This document shows positions 27,701-38,993 of a stretch of DNA of 64,000 nucleotides, one piece after another; position 1 is the first letter of the stretch; every line of letters begins with the position of its first letter. A program made the position numbers and the translations under genes. This DNA is from Lytechinus pictus (Eukaryota). The notes beneath the pieces were generated by a model. The model worked only from the letters and a program-made list of their open reading frames with translations, was not told where the DNA came from and made no database searches. The stretch is from positions 15,936,001 through 16,000,000 of the forward strand of contig NC_087245.1 of the NCBI RefSeq assembly GCF_037042905.1, in the 5' to 3' direction.

Positions 27701-30700
27701 TTTAGTTGAGCGGGGACGAGATTGGCAGACAAAGAAGGAATTGATATCTGTGAATCACAGACTCTAAACTTGATAAGAGTTGTAATGAGATTCAAACTGT
27801 CAAAGTTTGATCATTATATATTTCATATTCGTTATTCGAGATGGTTGTTTTACCAATCCACGTTCATGATTGCAGATAAAAAATGCAAATCAAAGGTTAC
27901 AGACGACGCAGCGTCTTCTGATTTCACTCGACATTTAGAAAATGCACCCACGGGTTATTTGCCAAGTCATGGCTTCTGGCATACACCAGAAAAGTGGTAG
28001 GTGCCTAAGTCGGTTTTAGCCATCGGAACAGACCCTCCTGATCAGGGTTAAATTACGGTGACAGAAGACTTGGGGTATAGACCTGGCGATGGGCGGTGCT
28101 CAAAGTTCGTCCGCTCCGGGATATATATTTTGTTATATTGCCCGGTATAACCTACGGGTACGGTTGAACGCTTCGCTTGTGGACCCATAGTCCCCATGGA
28201 CATCCGAAATGAGCAACGGCGCCAATGGCTTTAAGGGAAGTCAAGTACAGAACACTCTGCTCCACATATGCCAGTTATGAATTGGATAGATCTGCATTTA
28301 ACGGGATACCGACGTAGTCATAATAATCATAACAAATATACTTTGTCCATTAACCGGTAGTAACAGTCTGTCTTTCAAATCCGGCGGTATGTAGAAATCG
28401 TAAGGACTTTTTTATATAAGTAATTGAATACCGTAATATTCATTTTAATTAGACATATAGCTTTGGGAAATATCAAAGGTTGGTCACATACAAAGATATA
28501 AGCATATTCCATATCGGGTATTATTAAGCGGATATTGATATGCGAAAATCGATTGCCATTATATTTTGATCGTTGTGGTTAAATATCATATCTAGGTTTT
28601 ATTTAGATAAAGCAAAAGAATCTGGCGTCATCGCTAATTTTGCGATAGACAGCGTTCTGTGAGAGTTTATGAATATTGAGAGAAAAGCATAGAATTTTGG
28701 TAACTAGCTTATACTCATAAAACCTTTTGTAATCAAGCGTGGTCACAAAACAATTGACTGCCCTTGGATTTCCCTTGATTTGGCTTGTCTATGGCAGAAA
28801 ACGACGGTGCTATTAAAGTCGATCTTTTAATTTGAAACCGAAAGAATAACGATGGTCATAAAAATAAATAACAATGACGTTGAACTTGGTAGTAACCTTA
28901 CCTTATTAAGGATAGAGATTGGAATAGCTGTAATATTGGTGATGAATGTGGATATCGGTATATTTGTAGGAGGGGGGGGGGCTCGTCTACCATGCGACCA
29001 ATCATCTACGTTTTAAAAGTTAAATGTTCGACTTGAATATCAATTTTAGTGGAAGGGGTAGGAACAATTAAGATAATACCCAATATAACATCACTGAGTA
29101 AAAAAAATATGATGTAACATTTTGTTCATATCGTGGTGTCGTCCCTGGATACAGCTACCTGGCTACAGATATTCGACTTTTAATGAAGTTAGCTCCCTTC
29201 ATCAGATTCATCAAAACATCGAATCTTTTCTCATGATGAGCAACTCTTTCCTGATAACTATACTGGTCCATCCATTTAATCAAACGCTGAAGTTCACATG
29301 TTAGAAACCCGATCCGTGTAAAGGATACTATAAATTTAACGACCTAAGGGGTAACCTTGATCAACAGACCCTGTTTAAAGAAATTTTAGTTTCAGCAACT
29401 CCATTACACATAGTTAACACAAGGTTTAACAATTTCGCATTCTTTCGATTGAATGGCGTTTATGGCTACAAAATCGTCAAGTATCTATTTTAGTCGTAAC
29501 TAAATAAAAAAGAATCTTGCATGTAGCAATGCAAGAAGGAAGCATATCGCCATGGTCTTTATAAGTTCCTTCCAACTTTAAAAAAGGGTTATCAGACTTG
29601 ACGACTGGGGCTGAAGGTTAGGATTACTTCGATGCCCATACCCTCAAATCAATTAGACCGATATCGATTCCATGTGAAACTCAATAAGCCATCACATTTG
29701 GAGATGTGTTCGAATTTAGGAGGCGAAAACGGTATATCGTGGCCCGGATATGGGGTATACATTACGTGCCTCAGGGTTATATACTAGGGACTATCGTATT
29801 CAACCATAACACATGATCTAACCCCAGATCTATAACCAACAGAAGTGGAAGGAAACCCTCTCTGCACATCCTATGTCTTAAAACGCCTTTAACTTAGTTG
29901 TGTTTAAGATAACAACTTTTTGCTTTTACTGCCCACATTTATGTCACTTTTTAAGAACAATCAATGTAAAGGCTGGTGAGGGAGTGATGCGAGCGAGCAA
30001 AAAAAAAAGAAGAAGAAAAACAAACAACTGGACAATAAACAATTGATTATCTCATAGATTCGGAATGAAATCTCATATATGGTATGAACAAAATATGGAC
30101 TCATACATAAAGATGGTTTCCAATCAAAAGAGTTGTGAATATTGGGGGCGGCAATTTCTTAATCCGAACCTTATAGCGAATGTGGTGTCCATAAAACAGT
30201 AACATACGCAATGACGAATATCAGAACATATTAAACAGATTTAACGCATAGTGGGTATGTTATTAATCGAACAAACATTGTAACGAACCGGTTTACATAC
30301 TGTAACTCTGTTTGCTCGTATTGATTTATGTCTGGGTATTTCAAAGGTTTCATATTTCTCGCATCGTTATCATCGTAATCCTTAGTCAAGGTTACAATTA
30401 AAAAATGTATCAAAAACTTGTGAATTCTCATTACAAGTTCGCTTCCGCAAGAGCACAATGAAGTGAATGAGATAATCCTTCTTTTGGTTGGTTTGATTCA
30501 GATAAAATGCCTGGTAATTGATTTTGCACCCACTGTTGAATACAGACCTAAACTCTTTCAAAGGAAAGTAATAACTAGAAAAGAAATCTTATTTGACTTC
30601 GGATGTTATTCTCTCTTTTTCATGGTTTCAGGATGTATACTAATTTCATTTTGTTTTCAAATATATCTTTTTCTAAATATCGTCAAGCGATGATTTAACC

Positions 30701-33700
30701 CGTTTTTTTGTGTGTAATCTTATTATTGGATTAGATTTGGTATTTATTGTCTTATGATAATCCTAAATGCAAATGTTTATTTCCTTTCCCACACTTCACA
30801 ACTTGTTTTTATGGGAGAAACCCTATAATATCAAAAGTAAAGATGGTATCTTTATTTAATCTGAGCATCTCGTATTCCTGCAACTTTGTGCACGAATGTC
30901 ATGGCTCAGTCATAAACGAGCCAACCAATTTTTTCCAATTGTAAACTTATTCTTTACATTTTTGTGCTTAGCATTCAGAGCATTTCCACTCCAATTACTT
31001 AAGCCGACTTATCTTTCTTTCAACCAACTAAATCCCATGTGGAAAATCATATAGAACTTGGTCTTTTGCTCATTTATAACAATGATCAATAATTTTATTT
31101 ACAAGGACGGATTGGTGTACAGAATTATTTTTTAGGAATAGGGGTTTCTTTAGCATGTTTAGAACACCGGCGCGGCGCCATTGGGGAGAGATTGTGCTCA
31201 ACACAGTCGCCGAATTAAGCGCGCATTTCCGTCCTGAATAATTGGAAATCAAAATTGTATTTTTCTATGGTTTCTTACCCGTTTTGTTCTATTTAGAAAA
31301 GCGATAAAAAGAGACAATCGCATTTTATTTTATTTTTTTCTTATAGATAGCACTTCACAATATTGGGCGCCTTGAGTAATTAAAATTGCGATGAATCGAA
31401 TGCAAATTTGGTGTAACCGATTCACAAGACGAAATGTCTCAATTCTATTATCGTCGATTGGTGTTATATCGGATCGAATAATTTCCATTCCAATAAATAA
31501 TAAGTCAGTACTTTAAAATATGCACTTCGATATTCAATTTATGGTTGTAGTTTTTTTTTTGCGTTCTAAACATTCTTATGACAGAGTAATTATGATAATT
31601 CTTCATGTTTTATTCGAGACAACGATTTTTTTCATATATCTGATCGAAGGGCGGGGTCTCCATCTCTCAACCGCACCCCTCTGTCACTCTTTAAATATGC
31701 GCCTATGCAGGGGCGGATCCAGGATTTTCAAAAGGGGGCACATTTTTCCGTGGAAAATTTGACAAGCAAAAAAAAATTAAAAAAATAAAAAATAAAAAAT
31801 TAAATAAATTAACCAGAAATTAAGGATATTTCGTTCCCGAAAAAAAGGTCTTCACGTTCAAAGGGATGGGGGGGGGGTCACACTTCTGTTTCAACCGCAT
31901 TTTTACATTACAAATTTTAATTTTGCTTCTCAAAGGAGGGGGGGCGCACAGGCCGGCTTTGCACCCCCCCCCCCCTCTGGATCCGCCAGTGCGCCTATGA
32001 ATGTTTTAACATAAATGTGGCGCAATATAAATGTTGTGGATCATCATCATCAGCAGCACCTTTAGATCTTTAGATACCACTGACATAATTCTGTAAATAC
32101 AGTGTTTTGCATATTTCACAAACCTTGTACAAAAGGGAGATGGACGAGGGATACACATATTATGAATTGTCTGTTTTCTTACCTTTGCATTTTTCGCAGC
32201 AGTCGACTCCTAGCGTCGTTATTACTAATGCACAATCTACAAGATCTTCACAAACTTCCCTTCTACATACTACCTCTTTATTCTGTATATAAAGACAAAA
32301 AAGAAGAAATGCAACAATATGAAAATTAAATGGACATTTTATATGGATGGTAAGTAGACGAAACATTGATCGAACATTGCATGGGAATAAGAGAGCTTAT
32401 AACAGAGTAATCATGTTAGTTATACATGTTTTATTCATGTTATTCAAGTATACTGGCGACCCCTGACAATAATCTTCTAATGGAATGGTGAGTCATGCAA
32501 TGGGGTCGGGAGGGGTATTTAAAAAAAGCAAACTTAAACCTGAGAGCCATACTCGGAGTTTGGAGCAACATAAATTCTCATCCCCCACTATACATCCTCA
32601 TTGACAATTAGTTTGCTTTCGTTGACATTCGAAGTTGGGGTATCCATTTTGCTCTTTATAACACTTAATAAAATATATAATACTACTTCCATAGTCCAAT
32701 ACTCACTTATCCATGTTTTTCAGTGGAGCATCTTGGAGTGAAAAAGGGGCATTAAAGAATAGTAATGATAAACATGAAAAAGAACAAGAAAAAAGAATCA
32801 TTTAAACTTTAATCAGACGAAACATCTAAGAAAATACCTGAGTAAAAAAATAAAAGAAGTTTAGATTTCATCGGCTATTCTCGGTGTCGGGCTTTGGAAG
32901 GGGTGAATTTTTGAAGGGCTTGCCAAGTGCCCCAACATAATTTTGCTAACGTTTATTCTGCGACAGAAAAACCACACAATTTTCACTAATTTCTTTTACA
33001 GGTTGATAATCAATAAAATATCCACTGTGTGAATTGATTTTAATAAAGGAAAAACGATATTCATATCATCTATTAAATGTCTCCTCGCCTTATTTTACCT
33101 CCATCGCTTCTAGCACCATGCACCCCATCCCCCCATCCTCAAATTACCAGAGTCGCCCTTCCTCCTCAGTCTTTCTGTCACAATAAAGTACACGATGTAT
33201 CCAATTTGCAAATGACATCGCGTGTCCCCCTTAGCAAAAAAATATTACTTTATTAGTCCAAATCTATGAAAGACCACCCCAATTGAAGTTCATATAATTC
33301 AGATAATTCACAAAAGGAAATATGAATATGGAATTTTATATAATCCGACACATCCACTCTTTACGGACACACACTCTTTCTCTTTTTCATTTTGTCTCAT
33401 TTTCTGTTTTTCTTCTTCTTCTGTTTGTCTCTCCATTTCCCTCTTTCTTATCCTCCCCTCTTTCATCCTCTTCAATCTGAGCATTATGCCGTGTGCTTCA
33501 CCATGTCTACTATCTCTATAACCATGATAACCATATCTCTTTCTATTCCCCCTTCTCTTGGTTGTCTCTCTATATCTCATTCAACAAAGCATTACATTTC
33601 ATAAAGATGTGACATAAAAGCAATACAATCCAGCAAAGAAACAAGTACTGTACTCCCTACTTTAGAAGAAAGTCAATAAGAAAATGATAATTTATCCCAT

Positions 33701-36700
33701 ACGTGAAACGGTAGCCCATATTACATGTATATGCAATTCGATGCCGATACCCTGATTGTACTTTTCAAGAATGCGAAAACCATGTTCCACAACAGTCTGA
33801 TCAGTAATTATTGTACTCTTCAGTGTATTTATTTTCAAACAAAAAATATAATAAAAGACATATGCTATCATACTTTTAATGAAAATAGGGAAGAGGACGA
33901 CAAACATTATAGATGAGAGGAGTCTTGACTGCCATGACTGGCACTCTTTTTGTACCGTCTTATGCATTCCCGTCTTTGTTTCATTATTGACATCATAGAA
34001 TGTGATAAAATGTAATTTCTAAGCTTAATATTTTCATCGTTTATTCTCTTTGCTTAGTCCATCCCATCAAGCCTTCAAACGATCCACTCAACAGTGACAA
34101 GTACAGATAACTATGACATTTCATATCTACCGCAAAGGCCCCAGCCACTCGCCCCTTGGAAACGGTGGAAGATCTGATTGATCGAACACAACCCCTAACA
34201 CCAAACCACAAACTCCACCCGTTTGTGATTTACTTCCAGATGCTAAAGACAAGTTTTTTGTCACGTTTGACCATGACGGACAAAGGGTGGACAAACTCTG
34301 GACACTGGACTGATGTATGAGCGGTCACTTGATATTTGAATAAAACATCTTCAGTCACTGGCAACGATTGTTTTCGGTCGCGGTTTGTATTGTTTTGGTG
34401 AAAAGTCGCCAGTCCCGTCGTTTAGTCCTTTGTGTCGGTAAAGTAAACGATCATCGACTTGTCTGCAGTTTTGTGACTTCCATAACATGCTTGAGTGATA
34501 TCATTTTAATAAAGATGAATCTAATATGGTTCTAGTGGCTTCTCCAAGCTTTCTGGGCATACATTGTTCTTCAGTGCCATACTTAAGGCATAATGAGTTC
34601 AACACTGTCCCTGAAAATTGTGAACAAATTAATATTGTATGAACGGTTAAATTTGCATTAAAGGTAAATTCCAGTTCTGGTAACGATCTCAAAATGACTT
34701 TTTACAGAATCTAATATAATGACCACCCAAGTGTCTGTTTGTATGAATAAAAAATATGTGCCAAAGGATTCTGGAAGAAATTGTGTAATTGCTGAGAAAT
34801 AAGCAAAATAAGCGCGGATTCGGTCACTTCCGTCGGGTCTTTATTCCGGCAATTATAATACACTGTCCCACGTGTGCCTATCTGTGTTGGCGATCTTCAG
34901 TGTGATCGTATTTCAGCTTAGATTTTATGATTTCACAAAGTTCAGTTTATGTAACTGTACCAGATCTAGATCCTCGATGATATACTGACAATTAAGCCTG
35001 GTTTACAGACTTTCTCATGAAATCAGTGTTTACTGCAACTACTGGCATTTCTCTTTAAGTCGTTATATCTTGATGCATGATGTATGGTCAAATAATGATA
35101 CCTAAACCTTTCTTTCTGGGATCAGGTCATTATTACTAATTTGTACTTTACATATATGTTTAGAATATCATGATTTCAGCGAATATGGTGAGTTAACCAT
35201 CATAATTCTCAAATTTTCCAGGAAAGGACTGCTTTGTCATTTGAAACCCGACATTATTGTTTTGTATGACTCTGATTTATTATAGGGCAAGACAATTCCA
35301 TATTTACTGAAATGGTTTGATGTACTAGTATCTCATCTTTGTCTTATTCTTAAAATCCTTACTACCCACAATGCTCATTATTAATCCTATTTTGACATTT
35401 AGTAGCATATAAATCATGACTTCTACGTCACTTCAATAGTATTATGGAATTACATTTGGATAATCTAGCACAGAGGTAATTCTCTGAATGACTATTTTAG
35501 CGCCGTTTAGGTCACGTTTTGACTCATTCCTCCGTGTGGCAGATGATAAAGGATAACAATGAATTAAACACACCACATGGAGTCATGAATAATTATCATA
35601 AATAGAGATAGCATTGATAAAAATTTAACAACCATTACAGGAATGTAAAAAATATTGCTTTGTTTATCATCTACAGTCATTTGTGTGTGTGTGTTGCATG
35701 TGACTATCTCTTTTAAGTTGTCCTTCTGAATATTTCAAACACGTGTATACAAATTCAGTTCTTATTATCTTTGACACGGTTTCTTCTACAAGTTTTATAT
35801 CCCATCCTAAACTAAACAACTAATTTCAAAACTACACGTCATTAAACTACAATATGACGTTTATAGGTTTATGAGTTTGGCTATTCAAGGGAGATTTCGA
35901 TCTGAATTCTAAGTGAATTGGAAAGACCGATTCAATGATAACATTATGATATGATCTTTGTCCGCTACATCATTAGCTTATCTAGGATCATCTATGTCAT
36001 CTCACCATCATAAAATGATTTTCAAAAGAGAAAATTCGTAACAGTGAGGGTGAACAATGGATGAATCTTATCTGTAGATAATCAATGATTATAACTTATT
36101 CTTTGTAAAAATATTTGATATGTATCTGACGTTGCCAAGGGGTAGTGATAATTGAGAAGCAAAACACCGGGGGAGGGGTAGTCGGTACTGTTTCTATATT
36201 TCTGTTGATGTCCTGTAAGGGTGCTAGAAGTCACACAAGTCAGTATTACGTGGAAACCATACCCTCAAGTGTTAAATCAACACCCTCATAAGTTGTGTTA
36301 AATGATTATGGTTAATAATAATAATGATACTGTAATTACAAAACACCCAAGCGGTGTTGAGCGAACAACATGGTTGTAACACTGATGCAAAATGTTTCTA
36401 GTGGGCAGCTGTGTACATCGGTGTAGATTCAACACTGATGTTTGCAGTGTTCTCAACATGCAAAGTCTATGGATTGGGAGAGGAGGGGCGATGAGGAGGG
36501 GGCGGGGATTGAATGTTAAAAAAACAAGGAAAGACACCTAATAATCAAGATTCCATGATGTCGGGGAAGGATATCATGAAATATCACATATAGCCTGGAG
36601 ATATGGATTTAGGCAATGTAATAAACACAGGAAGCATTCTACCCATGGTCTTCATCTCGAAACCAAGTTCATCATAATTTACGATCGTTTCGTCATTGAG

Positions 36701-38993
36701 CTAAAGAGCAACCTACTTTGGGAGTCCTACTGGGACTTGCTCGATATGAAGTCATAATTTGTGTATCAAGTTTCATACAGGATATCTGTCACAAGCATAG
36801 GCCGCATTTATCAGTTTATGTATTATTATGAAGAATCCGAGTTGGTCGACTTAATGACCCCTCACAGACAGCCCCACCCTGCTATACACCCATGTGAATT
36901 CTTCCATCCCACCCCTTTTTCCTGACGCTGACTCTCCTTACCAAACATGCCAAAGGAATCATGTGGCTTCCCGCTGTTGGGTTTTTGTAATAGCTTACTG
37001 CACTTTCAGAACAGCCGTTAAAATATCCATTAGTCAGTAATTTTCATCATCTAATTAATTACCCTGAAAAATATGTTAAGACCAAAAGATGTGAAAAAAC
37101 CCAAATCGACCCCATAACCACTAAAGTTGTATACACTTACTTTATTTGGGGGCTTAAAATTGCCCTTTGATGACTTTGGGAATCCGAAAACATGTCTTTT
37201 TCGCTACACTAGCATTATAACCCCCCCCTTAAAAAGGGGGTAACAACTGGAATTTTAGTATTGAAAAAGAAATCCCACTGATATAAAAACAAAATGGAAA
37301 ATGGATATTAGCTACCCTTTTTACCATCTTTAAGTAAAATACTTTCAAATCTACCAAAATGTTAGATGGAAACCACAGTTACGAGAAAGAGCGGAAACAA
37401 CCTATCTTTCTTTTTCAGATAGAAGCTAAAATATTTTCATTATTAAAAAATCAATTACCGTTGATATTACATAATGAAACGTTAAGAATGTCATTTTTAA
37501 ACTGCAACACATTTGTTGGAAATTAAAGTTATCAGGATGAGCCCATAAAAGGTCACCCAATTAACAGTTGGTAATTATGCCTTGTAGTCACATGCACCCA
37601 AAGAAGACAAGCTGATTTGAAAAATTTAACAAAAATAAAATAAGAGTATGGGTGACGGTTCCGTGCAGCCCCGCGACGGAGCGCGGCAAACACTGGGGGC
37701 CAAGTTGCCCCAAAACTGGTAGTCAAGTTCGACCGGCGACACTATCGTCATAAATAACAATCACCGCAATGTCGTATCCAATCCCAAATAGGGGAAGGAA
37801 AAGTAGGGTAATGCACGAATATGGGTGGTCAGCCGAGTCTTGGTGTAGCTGTCGAGAATATGCGCTACAAATCATGAGTTTGGGTGAATACCAGATACAT
37901 GTATATTACAAAATAAAAATAAGAGTTCTCATGGATCTTGGTGAATGTCAAGATGCAGGGCCACCAACAGATTCGGAATAAAGTGACAACAATAGGCACA
38001 CTCCTCTTCGAGTACTGAAGAAGAAGTTGAGAAAAGGCTTTGTTAAACTTGTGCAGAAAGTTTTTACTTGTGCAAAATTCATGTATGTTTCACTAATCTA
38101 GTGGTCACTCTCAAATTCTAACAAATTTGGGGCGTTACATATGAGATATGAAAGTGCTCAGAAAATATAATTTCATCGAATATAGGTTGAATAAAAAGGG
38201 ACCATGCCTGTTGGGGTGAAATTACGTCAAATGCTGTGTTCTTTTTGGGCCTTAAATATTAACCAATTTTATGCACCCATTTAGCTCTCTTATTAGTGTA
38301 TTGAGTACAGGTTTTGGGGTGGGTAGATTCGGAGTGATACAAAAAGTAACAATAATATTCTTTAAATTTTGTTTATTGAATGATTTACTATTGGAGGTAA
38401 GCTCATTGTAGCTCAGGTAAAGTTTGAAGAAATAAAAATTAACATCATGACTTACCCTACAAAAACAGCTAATACAAGGATTTCCTTTTAATATTGACGG
38501 TGTGACTTCTTCGCCCTCGCGTTCGCAGACCAGTTTTGAACCTGGATAAAAAATAAAGAAAGAAATGAAACTAATATGAGAAAATGGGATGTCAAAATGC
38601 TTGTATCGCCATACTGAAATAGATACACGAAATATACATTAAAGAAAATACCCAACCGATTATAACTAATGCATCGAGTTATTTCGCTGTCAAGGAATAA
38701 ACTTCATCCAGTTCTAGAGATACCTATAGTCCTGTACCATGTGTACAGCTAATATTATGTCCATCATAGACTATCTCACCTGCCTACTTTTAAGGATGAG
38801 CAAAGGATATAAGAGTAACACTAGATGTTGAAAATCATTTTTGAATGAGTGTTGCTGTTGATGTTTTAAGTCACTGCGTTATGAAAGGTATCAACGAACC
38901 TGGTGAGGAAAAGACCTGGTCAACAGTAAGAAATACATAGATAAGATGTAAACATGGTAGAAGAATCATTGTGTTATTCCAAAATGCAGCCAT
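6764..38993 (-). CDS. bmper: Crossveinless-2 / BMP-binding endothelial regulator (BMPER) ortholog; 15 coding exons, 1851 nt including stop, 616 aa (signal peptide, 5x vWC, vWD, C8)
   Basis: Manually spliced exons 38900-38993, 38456-38541, 32183-32282, 27039-27121, 24413-24509, 21926-22008, 21380-21479, 20648-20754, 18352-18489, 17733-17837, 11901-11952, 8613-8939, 7904-8240, 7187-7317, 6764-6774. All introns are GT..AG with compatible phases. Diagnostic peptides: [75 protein letters not shown]. Confidence 0.96.
7187..7317 (-). CDS. bmper: exon 14: C8 domain, (R)[43 protein letters not shown]
   Basis: Acceptor aattttag, donor GTAAGT, 131 nt, phase 2 to 1; C8 pattern CxxDMC..CxCE...AY..EC. Confidence 0.96.
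7904..8240 (-). CDS. bmper: exon 13: vWD C-part (CGLCG at 8155-8169) and start of C8
   Basis: Acceptor ccttag, donor GTAAAA, 337 nt, phase 1 to 2; WDGDSFVEL...[11 protein letters not shown]...FQPCHDVVD. Confidence 0.97.
8613..8939 (-). CDS. bmper: exon 12: vWD N-part with GDPH autocleavage site (8905-8916)
   Basis: Acceptor tttgtcag, donor GTGAGT, 327 nt, phase 1 to 1; [33 protein letters not shown]...SFSWTK. Confidence 0.97.
11901..11952 (-). CDS. bmper: exon 11: vWC5 end, NFELKTLEGDCCPQCIE(K)
   Basis: Acceptor ttttttctag, donor GTAAGT, 52 nt, phase 0 to 1; joins into [11 protein letters not shown]. Confidence 0.94.
16465..16622. repeat. CT-rich low-complexity tract
   Basis: Degenerate (CT)n. 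Confidence 0.7.
17512..17531. repeat. (CT)10 microsatellite
   Basis: Directly visible. Confidence 0.9.
17733..17837 (-). CDS. bmper: exon 10: vWC5, DGDVWHQSVCESCSCNNGLVRCRVEECRLDLECET
   Basis: Acceptor tttgtag, donor GTAAGG, 105 nt, phase 0 to 0. Confidence 0.95.
18205..18305. repeat. (GAA)n/(GGA)n purine-rich microsatellite in intron 9
   Basis: Visible gaagaagaa-ggaggagga tract; it produces the poly-Pro/Ser tail of ORF 18076-18477. Confidence 0.9.
18352..18489 (-). CDS. bmper: exon 9: vWC4 C-half and vWC5 start, ESTVMCHRETCPSALNCPSGNVVQGEDDCCPRCEPLVCDVNGTKYQ
   Basis: Acceptor tttttaatag, donor GTAGGC, 138 nt, phase 0 to 0. Confidence 0.94.
19900..20085. repeat. Degenerate (CAT)n low-complexity repeat
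   Basis: catcaccatcgtcatc... periodicity; source of the spurious Met/Ile-rich ORF. Confidence 0.85.
20648..20754 (-). CDS. bmper: exon 8: vWC4 N-half, (A)QRKVFDLGDRCLFRNNIFDAGQTVFKDKCTKCVCL
   Basis: Acceptor ttgcag, donor GTAAGT, 107 nt, phase 1 to 0; QRKVFDL is characteristic of BMPER/Cv2. Confidence 0.96.
21380..21479 (-). CDS. bmper: exon 7: vWC3 C-half, NGRVTCSKQTCPVLSCPEYQVETPEGKCCPKCV(A)
   Basis: Acceptor ctttttgtag, donor GTAAGT, 100 nt, phase 0 to 1. Confidence 0.95.
21926..22008 (-). CDS. bmper: exon 6: vWC3 N-half, (G)CFVDGRLRADGEKFSRDSDPCTECVCE
   Basis: Acceptor ctctag, donor GTAAGC, 83 nt, phase 1 to 0; PCxxCxC motif. Confidence 0.95.
22200..22284. repeat. (GAT)n microsatellite
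   Basis: gatgatgatgat tract. Confidence 0.85.
24413..24509 (-). CDS. bmper: exon 5: vWC2 C-half, EGVITASVTQCEPIDCPFGSQVLPGQCCPSCT(G)
   Basis: Acceptor ttgtag, donor GTAAGA, 97 nt, phase 0 to 1; CCPxC motif. Confidence 0.95.
24688..24985. repeat. (CAT/CAC)n microsatellite containing an exact 36-bp tandem duplication
   Basis: accttcataaccttcatcatcgtcgtcatcatcatc at 24713-24748 and 24749-24784, within a longer catcat/caccac tract. Confidence 0.9.
27039..27121 (-). CDS. bmper: exon 4: vWC2 N-half, (G)CRYNGDIYNSGDTWTAHDDPCRTFQCR
   Basis: Acceptor tctttccag, donor GTAAGT, 83 nt, phase 1 to 0. Confidence 0.94.
31708..31991. mobile_element. Non-autonomous hAT-type MITE, 284 bp, in intron 3
   Basis: TIRs CAGGGGCGGATCCAG (31708-31722) and CTGGATCCGCCAGTG (31977-31991), 13/15 match; perfect 8-bp TSD CGCCTATG at 31700-31707 and 31992-31999. 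Confidence 0.88.
32183..32282 (-). CDS. bmper: exon 3: vWC1 C-half, NKEVVCRREVCEDLVDCALVITTLGVDCCEKCK(G)
   Basis: Acceptor atacag, donor GTAAGA, 100 nt, phase 0 to 1; CCxxC motif. Confidence 0.95.
33375..33580. repeat. CT-rich low-complexity tract
   Basis: Pyrimidine-rich; gives the spurious Arg/Glu/Lys-rich ORF 33308-33580. Confidence 0.7.
34662..35054. mobile_element. Non-autonomous TTAA-targeting DNA transposon (Kolobok-like), 393 bp, in intron 2
   Basis: TTAA at 34658-34661 and 35055-35058; imperfect TIRs AGGTAAATTCCAGT / ACTGGCATTTCTCT (11/14). The AG...CT ends fit Kolobok better than piggyBac, whose ends start with CC. Confidence 0.7.
38456..38541 (-). CDS. bmper: exon 2: vWC1 N-half, (G)[28 protein letters not shown]
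   Basis: Acceptor ttttatccag, donor GTAAGT, 86 nt, phase 1 to 0; closely resembles vertebrate BMPER CENEGEV..NPCIMCVC. Confidence 0.93.
38900..38993 (-). CDS. bmper: cv2/bmper coding exon 1: start codon and signal peptide MAAFWNNTMILLPCLHLIYVFLTVDQVFSSP(G)
   Basis: ATG at 38993-38991 in GATATGG context, with an in-frame TAA 9 nt upstream. Hydrophobic core present. 94 nt ending in phase 1 at CAG|GTTCGT, matching the phase-1 start of exon 2. The donor is weaker than the others. Confidence 0.8.

Noticed and set aside
28072..28128. Imperfect hairpin, possible pre-miRNA
   Set aside because: Stem is short and bulged, and I recognise no mature miRNA.
37216..37245. Short inverted repeat ccccctt-aaa-aaggggg
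   Set aside because: Too short and low-complexity; no TSD or element boundaries.
38775..38830. Strong-looking donor GCAG|GTGAGA in intron 1 as an extra exon or exon 1 extension
   Set aside because: Extending exon 1 hits an in-frame TGA, and nearby acceptors give lengths (41, 7 or 4 nt) that break the frame.
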